DNA from: a virus
Lineage: Duplodnaviria > Caudoviricetes
Strand: one strand, 5' to 3'
Virus record (IMG/VR): IMGVR_UViG_3300032282_002037
Location: 1-28,162 of that record
Length of the DNA: 28,162 bases
Made by a program: the position numbers and the translations under genes. Position 1 is the stretch's first letter, and each line of letters opens with the position of its first letter. Of this stretch, positions 15,474 through 26,481 are shown piece by piece. The notes beneath the pieces were generated by a model, which was not told the origin of the DNA, ran no database searches, and saw nothing but the letters and a program-made list of their open reading frames with translations.

Positions 15474-18400
15474 ATGCCAAGTAATTTAGATTTTGATTCT
15501 AGTAGAGACGGTAGGGGGATACCTAACGCAAAAAAGGGATTTAGGGACTTTTTATTGTCAAAAACATTAAATGCACCTAACGGTCCACAAACAGCGACAT
15601 CCTCAAACTATAGCGTTAATACACTACAAGAATACGCAAATAGAGATCTTGGTGATGTTACAAGCAGTAACAATTTCGCATTGAGCGATAGTTTAATTAA
15701 AACACAAACGACCAACACATTTAAACCAGAAGAATTTTTCGTTAAAGAGAATTTAGAGGTTTTACCAAGAAGAGCAAATCTTAGTTTATATCCTTATTTT
15801 CAACCATTAGATAATAGAACATTGGTTGGTGTATTATCAACATCAAATTATGATTCAGAATCCGAATTAGCAAAATTTGCATCGAATTATATTAAAGTTG
15901 AAAAAGATGGTCCAATTTTCGCTAGAATTACTCAGAATTTATATTCAGCAACAGTTGGTAGAGTTAAATTAATTGATGCGTTAAACGGTAATACAAATAC
16001 TGCAATTAATTTAATTACCGGTAGAGAACCTTTAATTGAAAAAAATTATAAAATAACTGTAGCAAAAAGTTTACCTGGTAAAGCAATTGATTTTATACAA
16101 ACAGTCGCTGGTGTAGAATTCCCTTGGTCAGAAATACCTGGAGATTATTTAAGTAATCCATCAAATCCAATAAACTATAGACCAGAAGCAAAAACTGGAG
16201 CAGGAAAAGTTTGGCAAGACGTTACAGGTGTATTAGGTTCTTTAATTGGTGTAGAAAGAAGACCAAAAAAATCTAGAAAACCTTCAGATTTATTAATCGA
16301 ATATTCTAGCCAAGGTCAATTACAAACACTATATGATAATTTATCATTTTCAAAATATAAACCAGATTATACATCTACAGGTAGATCACAACAATCTTCA
16401 AAATTATTCAATTTCCCAAATCAAATAGCAAAAGGTATTAAAAGATTGATTGGTATTGAAGCACCAAATGGAAATGCATATATTGGTGACGATAGAGGTG
16501 ATGACGTTACTTTTACAACTAGCGATGCTAATGGTAGAAAAACTAAAAGTAGTTATTACTTAAGTTTACTTTTTGATCCAGTACAAACAAAATTATTTCA
16601 TAATGAAAAAAATATTAATGAAGGTGGACAAATAGGTGGACCATTAGCATGGGTTAGTAAAAATTCGAATAAAAAAATTAGAGGTGAACACAATGCAGAA
16701 TGGGAACGACAAAAATCTAGATTTGAAGAAAGTGTTTCAATATCAAAAACATTTAGAGATGATTCTATTTTAGGTGAAACACAAAGAATATTAGATAGCA
16801 TGCCAACAGATGGTGGAGAAGTAAAAACACATGTTGCAAATGTTATTGATCAAACAAGTAGAGTTTTTAGAGAAGGAGAACAAATGTTATCTAGAGGTTC
16901 AGCAATCAAGTATGTTGATAAATTTTCAGGTGAAGAAAGTGGTATAGAATATTGCCGTGTTTGGACAAAGGACAGACCATATATGACCATGTCTGACACA
17001 ATGAAAAGAACGGGTTTAATTAGAAAATTTAATGATAGTGTATTAGATAAACCATGGAATTTAAACATCGCGCCAATGTCTAACGGACAAAGCGGTGGAG
17101 GAAGTGGTGGTAAAAATGCTTTAGATGCTTTTGCTGGATCAACGAACATTATTAATGGACAAGCAAAAAAATATATGTTCTCAATTGAAAACTTAGCATG
17201 GAAAACATCTAATAAAAAAGGTTTTCAAGTTCAAGATTTACCATACTGTGAAAGAGGACCGAACGGAGGTAGAGTAATGTGGTTTCCACCATACGATCTT
17301 AAATTTTCAGAGAACAATAGTGCACAATGGGAAACAACTAAATTTATTGGTAGAACAGAACCTATTTACACATATCAAAACACAGAAAGAAGTGGATCGG
17401 TATCATTTAAAGTTATTGTCGACCACCCTAGTGTTTTAAATCTTTTAGTAAAAAAGAAGTTTGAAGGAATGTCCGATGCTGAGGCAGATAACTATATCCA
17501 TGCATTTTTTGCTGGATGTGAAGAATTAGATTTTTATGAATTAATTAGAAAATACCGAGAACTAGATTCTAATGATATTGAAATAATTCAAGAATACCTT
17601 TCATATTATAGAGACGGTAAAATAAATGATGAATTTGCTAGATTAAAATTCACTAGAACAGCAGGAGAAACAGTAACCTCAAATCCAAACAATTTAACAC
17701 AAACTAGCGACCCTCAGTTAGGAGGTAGTAATGTTGGACCAGGTAACCCGACATCATCAGATAAATCTTTCGAAGGAGATTTATATTTTGCAAACGATCA
17801 TCCATTTCCTCAAAATACTCAATACGCCACAAATGATTATTCAGAACAATATTCATATTATGTTGGTAAAAAGACAGAATATAAAAACTATCTTACTTCC
17901 GGTATTGCAAGTATAACATCATTACCAGATTCAAACAAGAAAAAAGCAGATAGAAAAGCATTATTCGGTAAAGAAACAATTACTGCTTCTGAAACTGGAA
18001 CCACGATGAATAAACTTGATGATGCATTTGTTAAATTAGATACAAATTATGCTAAATTAACTGGCGTTACACAAACAATTAAAGCAGACGTAGAAGCGAA
18101 GAAAGCATCTGAAGTAAAATTAGAAATTCAATCATCTACATCATTTGTAGCGGATGAAAATTATAATATTTTACTATCATTTAGAAGAGCACATAGTGTT
18201 GCGCAGTATGTTTTAAAAACAATCTCTAAAAATAATACTGCTCCAACAATAAAATGGAAAACTACTCAAGCACAAGCAAAAGCACAAAAACAAGTTAAAG
18301 AAGAATTAACTTTTTCATATCAAAGTTTAGGTTATCCTGAAGATGTTAAAGGTAATGTTGTAATAAGTTTTACCATGTTAGGGGAAAATGCAACAGCAAG

Positions 18401-20345
18401 TGATTGTGGTAATGGGTTAGATTGTCACGGAGTTACTTTTTATGATACTAAAGGATTAAAATATGCCGCACCAATAACTTTCTTATGTAGACACACAAGC
18501 GTTAAATTAAACTATAAAACATATGAACCAGCGGACGGAACTTCTAATGTTACTCCTGGTGGTGATATACTTTTAGAACAAAACCCAGATCCTACGCTAG
18601 AAAAAGTGTATCCGGATACTATTGACATTGATTATGAAAAAACAATTGTGCCAAAAAAACCACCTTTAGATGCATTAAAGTATATAATAATGAAAATTCT
18701 TTCAGAATGTTTTTATTTTAAAGTACTAGAAGATGCATCACCTGTGGCGTATAGTTCAATAAGAGAAAAACTAAGATACTTCCATCCAGCATTCCACTCA
18801 ATGACACCAGAAGGTTTAAATGCCAGGTTGACTTTCTTACAACAATGTTTAAGACCAGGTGATACAATACCAATCAAAGGTATTGCTGATGAAAATAATT
18901 TAGATGCTAGAAACACAACATTTGGTCCACCACCTATTAGTATTATTAGGATTGGTGATTTCTTTCATTCTAAAATAATAATAAGAGATATTAACATTTC
19001 TTATGAGGAAGGTCTTTTAGATTTAAATCCAGAAGGTATTGGAATACAGCCAATGATTGCAACTGTACAAATGCAAATATCTTTTATTGGTGGACAAGGA
19101 TTAAAAGAACCTGTTGCCAAACTACAAAATGCTTTAAGTTTTAATTTCTATGGTAATACTGAAGTTTACGATCATAGATCTACTGCAACAGAAGATAGAA
19201 AAGAATTTAACATACAACAACTAGAAAAAATATTAAAAGGACCTGAGATGGGTGCTAAAAAACCCGAAGTAAGTCAATCACCTAATAATCCAGTTGATGG
19301 AAAATATATAGGTACGACATCACAAAGTGGAAATACATTAACAGTTAATTATGACACATACTTAGTTAAAAAAGATACAAATATTAATGATTTAACTAAA
19401 ACATATTTTGATTCAACTAAAACAAGATATAATGAATTGTTAGTAAAATACGGCGAATTAATTTTACCAATGTTTTTTTCTCCTTTATATAGGTCAAAGA
19501 ACAAGGTTGACGTTTATGATTCAATGACAACAATGACACAAATAGAATTAATTGGTGTATATGATAAAACTAAAACATTTACTAAATTAGTTACAGATTT
19601 TAACGATGCATTAAAACGTAAAGTTAATTCATTTACAAGTATTAGTACTTTCTTTGGTTTTGATTCTTTCTTAGTTGATTATAAAATAAAAAGATCTGAT
19701 GATATATTAAAACCATATATTTTATCAAGAATAGATCAATTTATTGCTGACCTAGGAGGTGAAAAACTAGATGGTATTGAAAGCGGTAGAAATAAAATTA
19801 TTGACGCAATTGATAGATTAAATTTTGTTTTAAGTACAAATGGTAAGGATGGTAAATTAGATAAAGACAATGCCGTTGGTATACAGTTAAACAGTTTTGT
19901 ACCAGGAGATTTTTATGATAGGTATAAAAAGACAATTGAATTCATTAAAAAAGAAAATCCAGAGTCATTTACAAATGATTTAGACACCACAATAAATTTT
20001 ACACAACTTTCTAATTTTACTTTTTCCGATAGCGTTTTTACAGATTTAATGGGAACAATATTAAAAGATAAACTAACTGAAATTGAAAAAGTATATGTTG
20101 ATTCTGCAGACGACAAGTTCTTTACAAAACAAATCATACACAAGATCACTAAAAGAATAGATAAAATTATCATCAAAACAAAAGAAAAGAAGATAAGATA
20201 TTCCATTCCAAATTTAAAAAATACTAAACCAGCGTCTTTTGGTGCTGTGGATTACACTTTAAGTGGCACGGAAAAAACTAACCTTAAAAAGATACATGAT
20301 TCTGGAGATAAAAGTGACAATACTAAATTAAATTATTATCGATGA
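15474..20345 (+). CDS. Large baseplate protein with a split tube-initiator (gp48/gp54-like) fold and an inserted OmpA-like domain
   Basis: WFPPYDLKFSENNSAQWETTKFIGRTEPIYTYQNTERSGSVSF and PPISIIRIGDFFHSKIIIRDINISY...PMIATVQMQISFIG are the two halves of the tube-like fold. NYNILLSFRRAHSVAQYV is the OmpA-C signature. Confidence 0.7.
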   Translation: MPSNLDFDSSRDGRGIPNAKKGFRDFLLSKTLNAPNGPQTATSSNYSVNTLQEYANRDLGDVTSSNNFALSDSLIKTQTTNTFKPEEFFVKENLEVLPRRANLSLYPYFQPLDNRTLVGVLSTSNYDSESELAKFASNYIKVEKDGPIFARITQNLYSATVGRVKLIDALNGNTNTAINLITGREPLIEKNYKITVAKSLPGKAIDFIQTVAGVEFPWSEIPGDYLSNPSNPINYRPEAKTGAGKVWQDVTGVLGSLIGVERRPKKSRKPSDLLIEYSSQGQLQTLYDNLSFSKYKPDYTSTGRSQQSSKLFNFPNQIAKGIKRLIGIEAPNGNAYIGDDRGDDVTFTTSDANGRKTKSSYYLSLLFDPVQTKLFHNEKNINEGGQIGGPLAWVSKNSNKKIRGEHNAEWERQKSRFEESVSISKTFRDDSILGETQRILDSMPTDGGEVKTHVANVIDQTSRVFREGEQMLSRGSAIKYVDKFSGEESGIEYCRVWTKDRPYMTMSDTMKRTGLIRKFNDSVLDKPWNLNIAPMSNGQSGGGSGGKNALDAFAGSTNIINGQAKKYMFSIENLAWKTSNKKGFQVQDLPYCERGPNGGRVMWFPPYDLKFSENNSAQWETTKFIGRTEPIYTYQNTERSGSVSFKVIVDHPSVLNLLVKKKFEGMSDAEADNYIHAFFAGCEELDFYELIRKYRELDSNDIEIIQEYLSYYRDGKINDEFARLKFTRTAGETVTSNPNNLTQTSDPQLGGSNVGPGNPTSSDKSFEGDLYFANDHPFPQNTQYATNDYSEQYSYYVGKKTEYKNYLTSGIASITSLPDSNKKKADRKALFGKETITASETGTTMNKLDDAFVKLDTNYAKLTGVTQTIKADVEAKKASEVKLEIQSSTSFVADENYNILLSFRRAHSVAQYVLKTISKNNTAPTIKWKTTQAQAKAQKQVKEELTFSYQSLGYPEDVKGNVVISFTMLGENATASDCGNGLDCHGVTFYDTKGLKYAAPITFLCRHTSVKLNYKTYEPADGTSNVTPGGDILLEQNPDPTLEKVYPDTIDIDYEKTIVPKKPPLDALKYIIMKILSECFYFKVLEDASPVAYSSIREKLRYFHPAFHSMTPEGLNARLTFLQQCLRPGDTIPIKGIADENNLDARNTTFGPPPISIIRIGDFFHSKIIIRDINISYEEGLLDLNPEGIGIQPMIATVQMQISFIGGQGLKEPVAKLQNALSFNFYGNTEVYDHRSTATEDRKEFNIQQLEKILKGPEMGAKKPEVSQSPNNPVDGKYIGTTSQSGNTLTVNYDTYLVKKDTNINDLTKTYFDSTKTRYNELLVKYGELILPMFFSPLYRSKNKVDVYDSMTTMTQIELIGVYDKTKTFTKLVTDFNDALKRKVNSFTSISTFFGFDSFLVDYKIKRSDDILKPYILSRIDQFIADLGGEKLDGIESGRNKIIDAIDRLNFVLSTNGKDGKLDKDNAVGIQLNSFVPGDFYDRYKKTIEFIKKENPESFTNDLDTTINFTQLSNFTFSDSVFTDLMGTILKDKLTEIEKVYVDSADDKFFTKQIIHKITKRIDKIIIKTKEKKIRYSIPNLKNTKPASFGAVDYTLSGTEKTNLKKIHDSGDKSDNTKLNYYR

Positions 20346-20662
20346 ACTCATATTTCAATAGATACCAATTTTTTGTAGATGATGAGGAACATAAAATTGT
20401 TCCAGGTGTTGAGATACCCTTAAAAGGTACCGACAAGTTTATTCAATACAAGAAAGGAAAAAACAGATTAGATAAAATATCACAAGACAACTACAACACG
20501 CCATTATTTGGTTGGTTGATTTTATTGGCTAACCCAAGTTTGGGTTCAATTGAATTTGAAATACCTGATAATTCAACATTAAGGATACCATTTCCTCTTA
20601 TTAACACTTTACAAGATTATAAAAGAGCGGTAGAATTGTATAAACTATATTATGGCGAGTAA
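20342..20662 (+). CDS. LysM-like baseplate wedge protein (T4 gp53 / P2 gpX-like)
   Basis: NRLDKISQDNYNTPLFGWLILLANP...IPDNSTLRIP matches the RLD.IS...YG....W.I..AN...LRIP pattern; ATGA overlap with the upstream gene. Confidence 0.85.
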   Translation: MNSYFNRYQFFVDDEEHKIVPGVEIPLKGTDKFIQYKKGKNRLDKISQDNYNTPLFGWLILLANPSLGSIEFEIPDNSTLRIPFPLINTLQDYKRAVELYKLYYGE

Positions 20663-23600
20663 CAAGATAAGCACTAACGAAAATATACATGTTAGGGTTG
20701 ACCAACAAAATTTAATATTCATTGATCCAGGTACTGTTGTTGACAAAGACGGACAACTTTCATCTAGAATGATTGAACATGAAAATCTTGTTATGTACGT
20801 AAATCTTGAAGCAGACCTAATACCAAGAAGTACTTTGTTTTCAGAAGGCGATAAAAACACTTTAGTTTCTATTGCTGGAGGTAGTTTAAATTTTCTTAGA
20901 AATAATATTGGTAATGAATTTGACACAACCTGGACAGAAACTTTTGTTGGTTCAGATGCTAAAGACAAAGATGGTAACATATTGAGTGGAAACACTTTAA
21001 ACCATGATCCTAGCGGCCAATCGTTTGGTTTTGATAGTATTAATATTGTTACTAAGGGTGCTAATGCAATACCTGAAGTAGCAATTAACTTTATAGACGT
21101 TAGGGGTAAAACTCTATTTGAATCTCCAGATAACTCGCCATACCAAGCGTTCTTTCATTTTCCTTGGCCAATATTTTATTTGACAGTAAAAGGTTATTAT
21201 GGTAAAGCCATAAGATACCGTTTACATATGGTTGATTTTAAAAGTTCATTTAACGCTAATACGGGTAACTTTGAAATAACAACAAGATTTGTTGGTTCAA
21301 CATTTGCATATTTAAACGACATATTATTACAAAATATGTTAAGTGCGCCATACATGTATATGGTAGAACATTCAGACAACTACAAAGAAAATACAAAAAC
21401 AGGTTACGTTGAAAAAAAGATATCCAAAACAACTAAAGGGTATTCTATTTTAAAATCTGTTTACGATTCATATAAACAAAAAAAATTAATTCCTCAGGAC
21501 TTTCCCGTAAAAACACTTAAAGACCTAATAATGACCGCAGAATCTGCGGAAAGGTTATTAGAATCAAAAATATTTGAAAATAAAATCGATTTTAGGGTGT
21601 TAGGGTCTGTTAAAGCATATGAAAATATATTAACATCATTTGAAAGAGGAATATCTGCTTGGGGGTCAAGTTATTTAAATCTTAATAAACCTGAAGATTT
21701 AAATAATGATGGTGTTGCTTACTATCCATTAACCAAAGCCGCTAGTGAAGAAGATAAAAAAGGGGGGTTTCCTAGTTTAAGTAGTATTACTGGAAATACC
21801 GGAACCGCATTACAAAAAATTATTAACGATTATAAGGATCAGGCCTACAACAACGAAGCGTTTGGTGAAAAATTAAATAAAAATTTAATTAAGGATAAAG
21901 ATATTAAATTAAATAAAATATCATTTGATAAACTTGCGAGCGCTATATCTTATTATTCACCAGAAGGTGGAAAAATAAACATTGCTTTTGATAAATTAAA
22001 AAGCGACATTGATTCTATCCAAGATGAGTTTGTTAAACAAAGAAACGAACTAGAAAACACGTTGGAAACCAAAATGAATGAAATCATTCAGAATGACAAT
22101 GATATTGGTATCGGTTTTAAACCAACAATCAGAAATATATTTGCAGTTATTTTGGCTAACGCAGATACATACATTAGATTAATGAAAGACGTTCATTTTA
22201 GAGCAATACAAAGTGCCAAAGAAAGACAAAGTTTATTAACTAAACAAGGTGTTGTTGATAATAAGTCCGAGGGCCTTTATCCTTGGCCTCAAATTAAGAA
22301 ACAAATTAACGATAACACATCAACAATATTATATCCCGGAGACAAACAAATTGCTAAAACAATAAAAGCAAATGATCCAAATTTGTGGCCAGAAGTTGAG
22401 TTTATAGAATTATATGAAGCGGTTGCAACAAAAAGAGTTGACCCTTTAACACAAAATGAAATTGATATTAGTAAGGTTAACTATATTTTTGCTAATGATC
22501 CTGAATCTAGAACAACAAATAATTTATCCACAGTATTAAATTTACTTGGTACAACACCATACACAAACAAAGCATTAAACAGTTTATTATTTGAAATAAG
22601 TGAGAGGGCATTCTATTCAACATCCTTTGAATCATTTTCAACAAAAGCAATACAAAATTTAGTTACAAAAGAATTTGAAACATTATCTAGTGCTTTACAA
22701 AACGATTCAGATATAAAACAAGGTTTAAAAGGACCAATTTATAATGAATATATTCAATCTGGTAAAACTTCTTATGATAATATATTATACAATTATTCAC
22801 CATTTGAAAGGTTTCCATACTATACAGATAAGTTACCAACAATAGATTATATAAAAGAAATTGTTGATAGAGATTTTTCAATTGAAGAATATTCTAAAAT
22901 ACCTAAAGTAACTTTTAGTGGCGAAGGTTATGATGATCTTAAAAAAGATTTAAGTGAATACGATGTTGCAAATTACAGATTATCAATATATCCGTTTAAT
23001 ACCAAAACATATTTAAAATATCTCGGAAGACCAAAAGCAGATAAATTAACTAGAAACGATTTTAATTTTAAAAACATTTTAAATGTAAATGAAAACGGTT
23101 CATTTATAAGCACAAAACCAGATTCTAGTTTATGGGTTAAAGATGGTGTTTTAGATACTTTCTTTTTACAAAAAATTGGATTATCAGGAACAAGTAGAAA
23201 TATACTTAATACCCCATACTTTCATAAACAAATATATAATGATTTTTTTAAGGGTGGAGATGTTGGTAGATATGCTGGCTCCGCTTATTTATTTTTAAAT
23301 TCATTACCGTTCAAAGATTTAGATGACGACCTTGTTTTTAATAATGACAGTAAGATATTAATGTCTTCTCTTTTTAGAGAAATAGGATCATCACACTTTA
23401 TACCTTATCCTTTAATTTTAAAATGGGGTTCAATTTACCATAGGTATAAAAAATACTTACTGAACGGCGTTGATATTATTTCTGGTTTAACTACACCGAT
23501 TGACACTTCTTTATTTTATGACAATAGTTCTGGTACCACTTTTACATATGGTGGTTATAAAACACAATTAAGTGGGTCAACATTTTATTCATCATATGAC

Positions 23601-26459
23601 GATGGTGGAGGCACACCAACCCCATCAGGTCATACAATAGGTGTATATCCTTTATACCAAAACATTTATTACCAAGTTGTTAATGGTCATGTATTTTTTA
23701 ATCCAGGAGTAATATCTGGAAGTGAAAAAACAGGAATATTAACTTTGAATAGTGCTATAATGGCATCAAGTTTTTCTAGTGTTACAAATGACGATATATT
23801 AAAAATAATAAAACTAGAACCAAACGTTGACCATGGGTTTACTATGAGTTTTGTTGTAGATAATAGTAAATTAGTTAGTACTGATACAAAATATACCATT
23901 TTACCTTCATTTGGAAATTATCAATCAGACAGGATTGGTGAAATTATTTCTAATTATAAAAAACTTGAACAAGATTCATTTAAGGTTTCTTGGGCGTTAG
24001 AGGAAAATCAGTTTTTCCCAACATATAGTGGAAATACATTACCAACCTACGGTGAGAAATTTAAATCAATATCTGGATCAACCACAGGTTCTTTAGTTGG
24101 TGAATATTCTATTGAAAAAACAAAAAGAAAAGTAGTTGATTTAATTGCCACATTCAGCCCACAAATTCTAGATGAATTTGAAAATATGTTTTTAGAATTC
24201 ACAACTTTAAAATTAAATACGGATAGTGTATTAAACACAAACAGTTATAATTATAATTCTTTTCAGGATCTATTAAAAGACATTTCATCAGTAAATAAAT
24301 CTGATGTTAATTCATTAGATATTAAAACAATAGGAAGAATTCAATATGACAATCTTAAAAAAATAACCAAAAAAATATTAGATGAAAAGAATCTAGTTAA
24401 ATTAACGATCGGTAACCCTAAACAATTAGATAACTATACGTTATATGGCGTCGCTGGGTTAAACAAAAATTATTCTGATGGTGAATTTGATGCTGCACAA
24501 ATAAGTGGTGATAGTTTAAATTTAATTAAATTATATATTGGTGAAGACATGGATTTATTATACCTAGATTATTTTTCAACAAATAATATAGAATTAAATT
24601 CGGATAACATTTATTTACATAGAGAAATGGCCAGAATTTATGCTGGTTATGTGACAAATGAAATATATTCTAATAGTGGTTTTACCGCGTCAAATTCGTC
24701 ATTTAAACAATACTTAAAAACAAATATTATAACGCCGCAAGAACAAAGATATCAAGTATTTTTTACAAACTTAATGACTAAAATATCTAAAATTTCTATA
24801 GAAGAAGTAACAACAATGACGGTTTTTGGTGGCTATAACATGGATAAAACTACTAAAGTAGAGTCATACAATTTCTTTAAAGAATTTAATGATAAATGGA
24901 TCGGCGGTAATTCTATTGGACAAAGAAATTTACTAGAAGAATTTTTATTTATCGATAGAGCGAATAAAGACATAGGTAATGATCTTTTTCTTAGTTTAGA
25001 TAGATTAAAAAACCTTGCTGACGCAAAAAATGCTAAAGCAAGTTTATATAGTGTGATATCAATGATGATTCAAGGTAACAATATTGACTTTAGACCGTTA
25101 CCTGCGTATGTTAATTTTTATGGAACTAACTTTACTGATAAAAAAAGAGTAACACCTTCAAATACAGTTGCTAGAAATTTGTTTGGAACATTTTTAGAAG
25201 TTGATTATCAAGAAGCATCACCTAAAATGATATTACAATATATTGGGCCATCATCAAAATATCTTAAAATGTCTGATGTAGATTCAAAAGGTAAATTATC
25301 CAAATTTAAGAATGATGGTGCTGATATTAGAAACACAAACAAAAATCCATTATTATTAACACAGGAAGTTTTTTCAAATACTGATTTTAGTAAATCAAAC
25401 AGGGTTGTGGCATTTGAGGTTAACTTTGGCGATCAAGCACAAAACATTTTTAAAAGTATTTCATTAGATCAGAGTTCTAAAACACCAACAAGTGCAACCT
25501 TTGCAGCATATGAAAATTTAGGTAGATCTGCAACCGGCTCCAATGTTTATCAAGTAGACGTTAATTTATTTGATGTGTATAGAACTTACGCATATTCCTG
25601 CGAAGTTGTTGCAATGGGTAATGCTATGATACAACCAACAATGTATTTCTATTTAAATAATATACCAATGTTTGAAGGTTCTTATTTAATAACTGAAGTT
25701 ACACATACGATTAAACCAAATTATATTGAAACTAAATTTAAGGGCGGTAGAATACCTCAGGATAGTTTACCAAACATAAAAGATAGTTTTGTTAGTGCTT
25801 ATAGACCATTATTTGACAAAATATTAAGTTCAGCAATTAAAAAGAAACAAGAAGCGAATCCAACAACTACAACATTACAAACAATTAAGACAGAAAATGG
25901 ATTAACCTTTGAATATGATCTCGGGCCTAAAGTTTATGCTGGTGAAAAAGTAGTGGAAGAGAGTGGTTTTTCTTTAGGTATTCCATTTAACGGACAAAAC
26001 GGAGAAAAATACATACAAAAAGTAACAATCGATGGCGAGGAATGGCTAAGAACTAGAGTTTGTAGAATGGGTGGTCCAGAATATTCACCAGATAACACAA
26101 ACGAAATGACTGTTATCACAAAATCACAAACAAATAGTGTAATAACATGGGCTCAAGTTAAAGATTACACGAATATGTATTATTCAACTAAGTTTGACTT
26201 CTCTAAGGTTAGTGCATCCACGTTAGCAAACTCCAAAATGCAGTTTTATAACCCAAGTATGGGTAAAAATACGGGAGCAGACGGTAAAAAATCAAATCCA
26301 TTGATTTTACAATCAAATATTAACCCGTCAGCCAACAAATATGACGGACCAATACATAATGGTGCACCAGCAAACACATACGGAATGGCTATGTCAAGAC
26401 AATTAATGGACGCACTTAACGTTTCACCAGGTCAAGTTATCTATTTTAAACCATTATAG
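20652..26459 (+). CDS. Giant baseplate hub protein (T4 gp27 / P2 gpD-like ends with a large insertion)
   Basis: N-terminal FGFDSINI...PEVAINFIDVRG...FYLTVKGYYG and C-terminal YSCEVVAMGNAMIQP...GSYLITEVTHTI...TKFKG hub-type motifs; follows the LysM gene as in myophage baseplate operons. Confidence 0.65.
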   Translation: MASNKISTNENIHVRVDQQNLIFIDPGTVVDKDGQLSSRMIEHENLVMYVNLEADLIPRSTLFSEGDKNTLVSIAGGSLNFLRNNIGNEFDTTWTETFVGSDAKDKDGNILSGNTLNHDPSGQSFGFDSINIVTKGANAIPEVAINFIDVRGKTLFESPDNSPYQAFFHFPWPIFYLTVKGYYGKAIRYRLHMVDFKSSFNANTGNFEITTRFVGSTFAYLNDILLQNMLSAPYMYMVEHSDNYKENTKTGYVEKKISKTTKGYSILKSVYDSYKQKKLIPQDFPVKTLKDLIMTAESAERLLESKIFENKIDFRVLGSVKAYENILTSFERGISAWGSSYLNLNKPEDLNNDGVAYYPLTKAASEEDKKGGFPSLSSITGNTGTALQKIINDYKDQAYNNEAFGEKLNKNLIKDKDIKLNKISFDKLASAISYYSPEGGKINIAFDKLKSDIDSIQDEFVKQRNELENTLETKMNEIIQNDNDIGIGFKPTIRNIFAVILANADTYIRLMKDVHFRAIQSAKERQSLLTKQGVVDNKSEGLYPWPQIKKQINDNTSTILYPGDKQIAKTIKANDPNLWPEVEFIELYEAVATKRVDPLTQNEIDISKVNYIFANDPESRTTNNLSTVLNLLGTTPYTNKALNSLLFEISERAFYSTSFESFSTKAIQNLVTKEFETLSSALQNDSDIKQGLKGPIYNEYIQSGKTSYDNILYNYSPFERFPYYTDKLPTIDYIKEIVDRDFSIEEYSKIPKVTFSGEGYDDLKKDLSEYDVANYRLSIYPFNTKTYLKYLGRPKADKLTRNDFNFKNILNVNENGSFISTKPDSSLWVKDGVLDTFFLQKIGLSGTSRNILNTPYFHKQIYNDFFKGGDVGRYAGSAYLFLNSLPFKDLDDDLVFNNDSKILMSSLFREIGSSHFIPYPLILKWGSIYHRYKKYLLNGVDIISGLTTPIDTSLFYDNSSGTTFTYGGYKTQLSGSTFYSSYDDGGGTPTPSGHTIGVYPLYQNIYYQVVNGHVFFNPGVISGSEKTGILTLNSAIMASSFSSVTNDDILKIIKLEPNVDHGFTMSFVVDNSKLVSTDTKYTILPSFGNYQSDRIGEIISNYKKLEQDSFKVSWALEENQFFPTYSGNTLPTYGEKFKSISGSTTGSLVGEYSIEKTKRKVVDLIATFSPQILDEFENMFLEFTTLKLNTDSVLNTNSYNYNSFQDLLKDISSVNKSDVNSLDIKTIGRIQYDNLKKITKKILDEKNLVKLTIGNPKQLDNYTLYGVAGLNKNYSDGEFDAAQISGDSLNLIKLYIGEDMDLLYLDYFSTNNIELNSDNIYLHREMARIYAGYVTNEIYSNSGFTASNSSFKQYLKTNIITPQEQRYQVFFTNLMTKISKISIEEVTTMTVFGGYNMDKTTKVESYNFFKEFNDKWIGGNSIGQRNLLEEFLFIDRANKDIGNDLFLSLDRLKNLADAKNAKASLYSVISMMIQGNNIDFRPLPAYVNFYGTNFTDKKRVTPSNTVARNLFGTFLEVDYQEASPKMILQYIGPSSKYLKMSDVDSKGKLSKFKNDGADIRNTNKNPLLLTQEVFSNTDFSKSNRVVAFEVNFGDQAQNIFKSISLDQSSKTPTSATFAAYENLGRSATGSNVYQVDVNLFDVYRTYAYSCEVVAMGNAMIQPTMYFYLNNIPMFEGSYLITEVTHTIKPNYIETKFKGGRIPQDSLPNIKDSFVSAYRPLFDKILSSAIKKKQEANPTTTTLQTIKTENGLTFEYDLGPKVYAGEKVVEESGFSLGIPFNGQNGEKYIQKVTIDGEEWLRTRVCRMGGPEYSPDNTNEMTVITKSQTNSVITWAQVKDYTNMYYSTKFDFSKVSASTLANSKMQFYNPSMGKNTGADGKKSNPLILQSNINPSANKYDGPIHNGAPANTYGMAMSRQLMDALNVSPGQVIYFKPL

Positions 26460-26481
26460 TGAAATTAATATCTTTTGTGGA

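Noticed and set aside
8873-26459. Extracellular contractile injection system or tailocin locus
   Set aside because: Head-tail neck genes, PolB, SNF2 and phage-type late motifs indicate a true phage.
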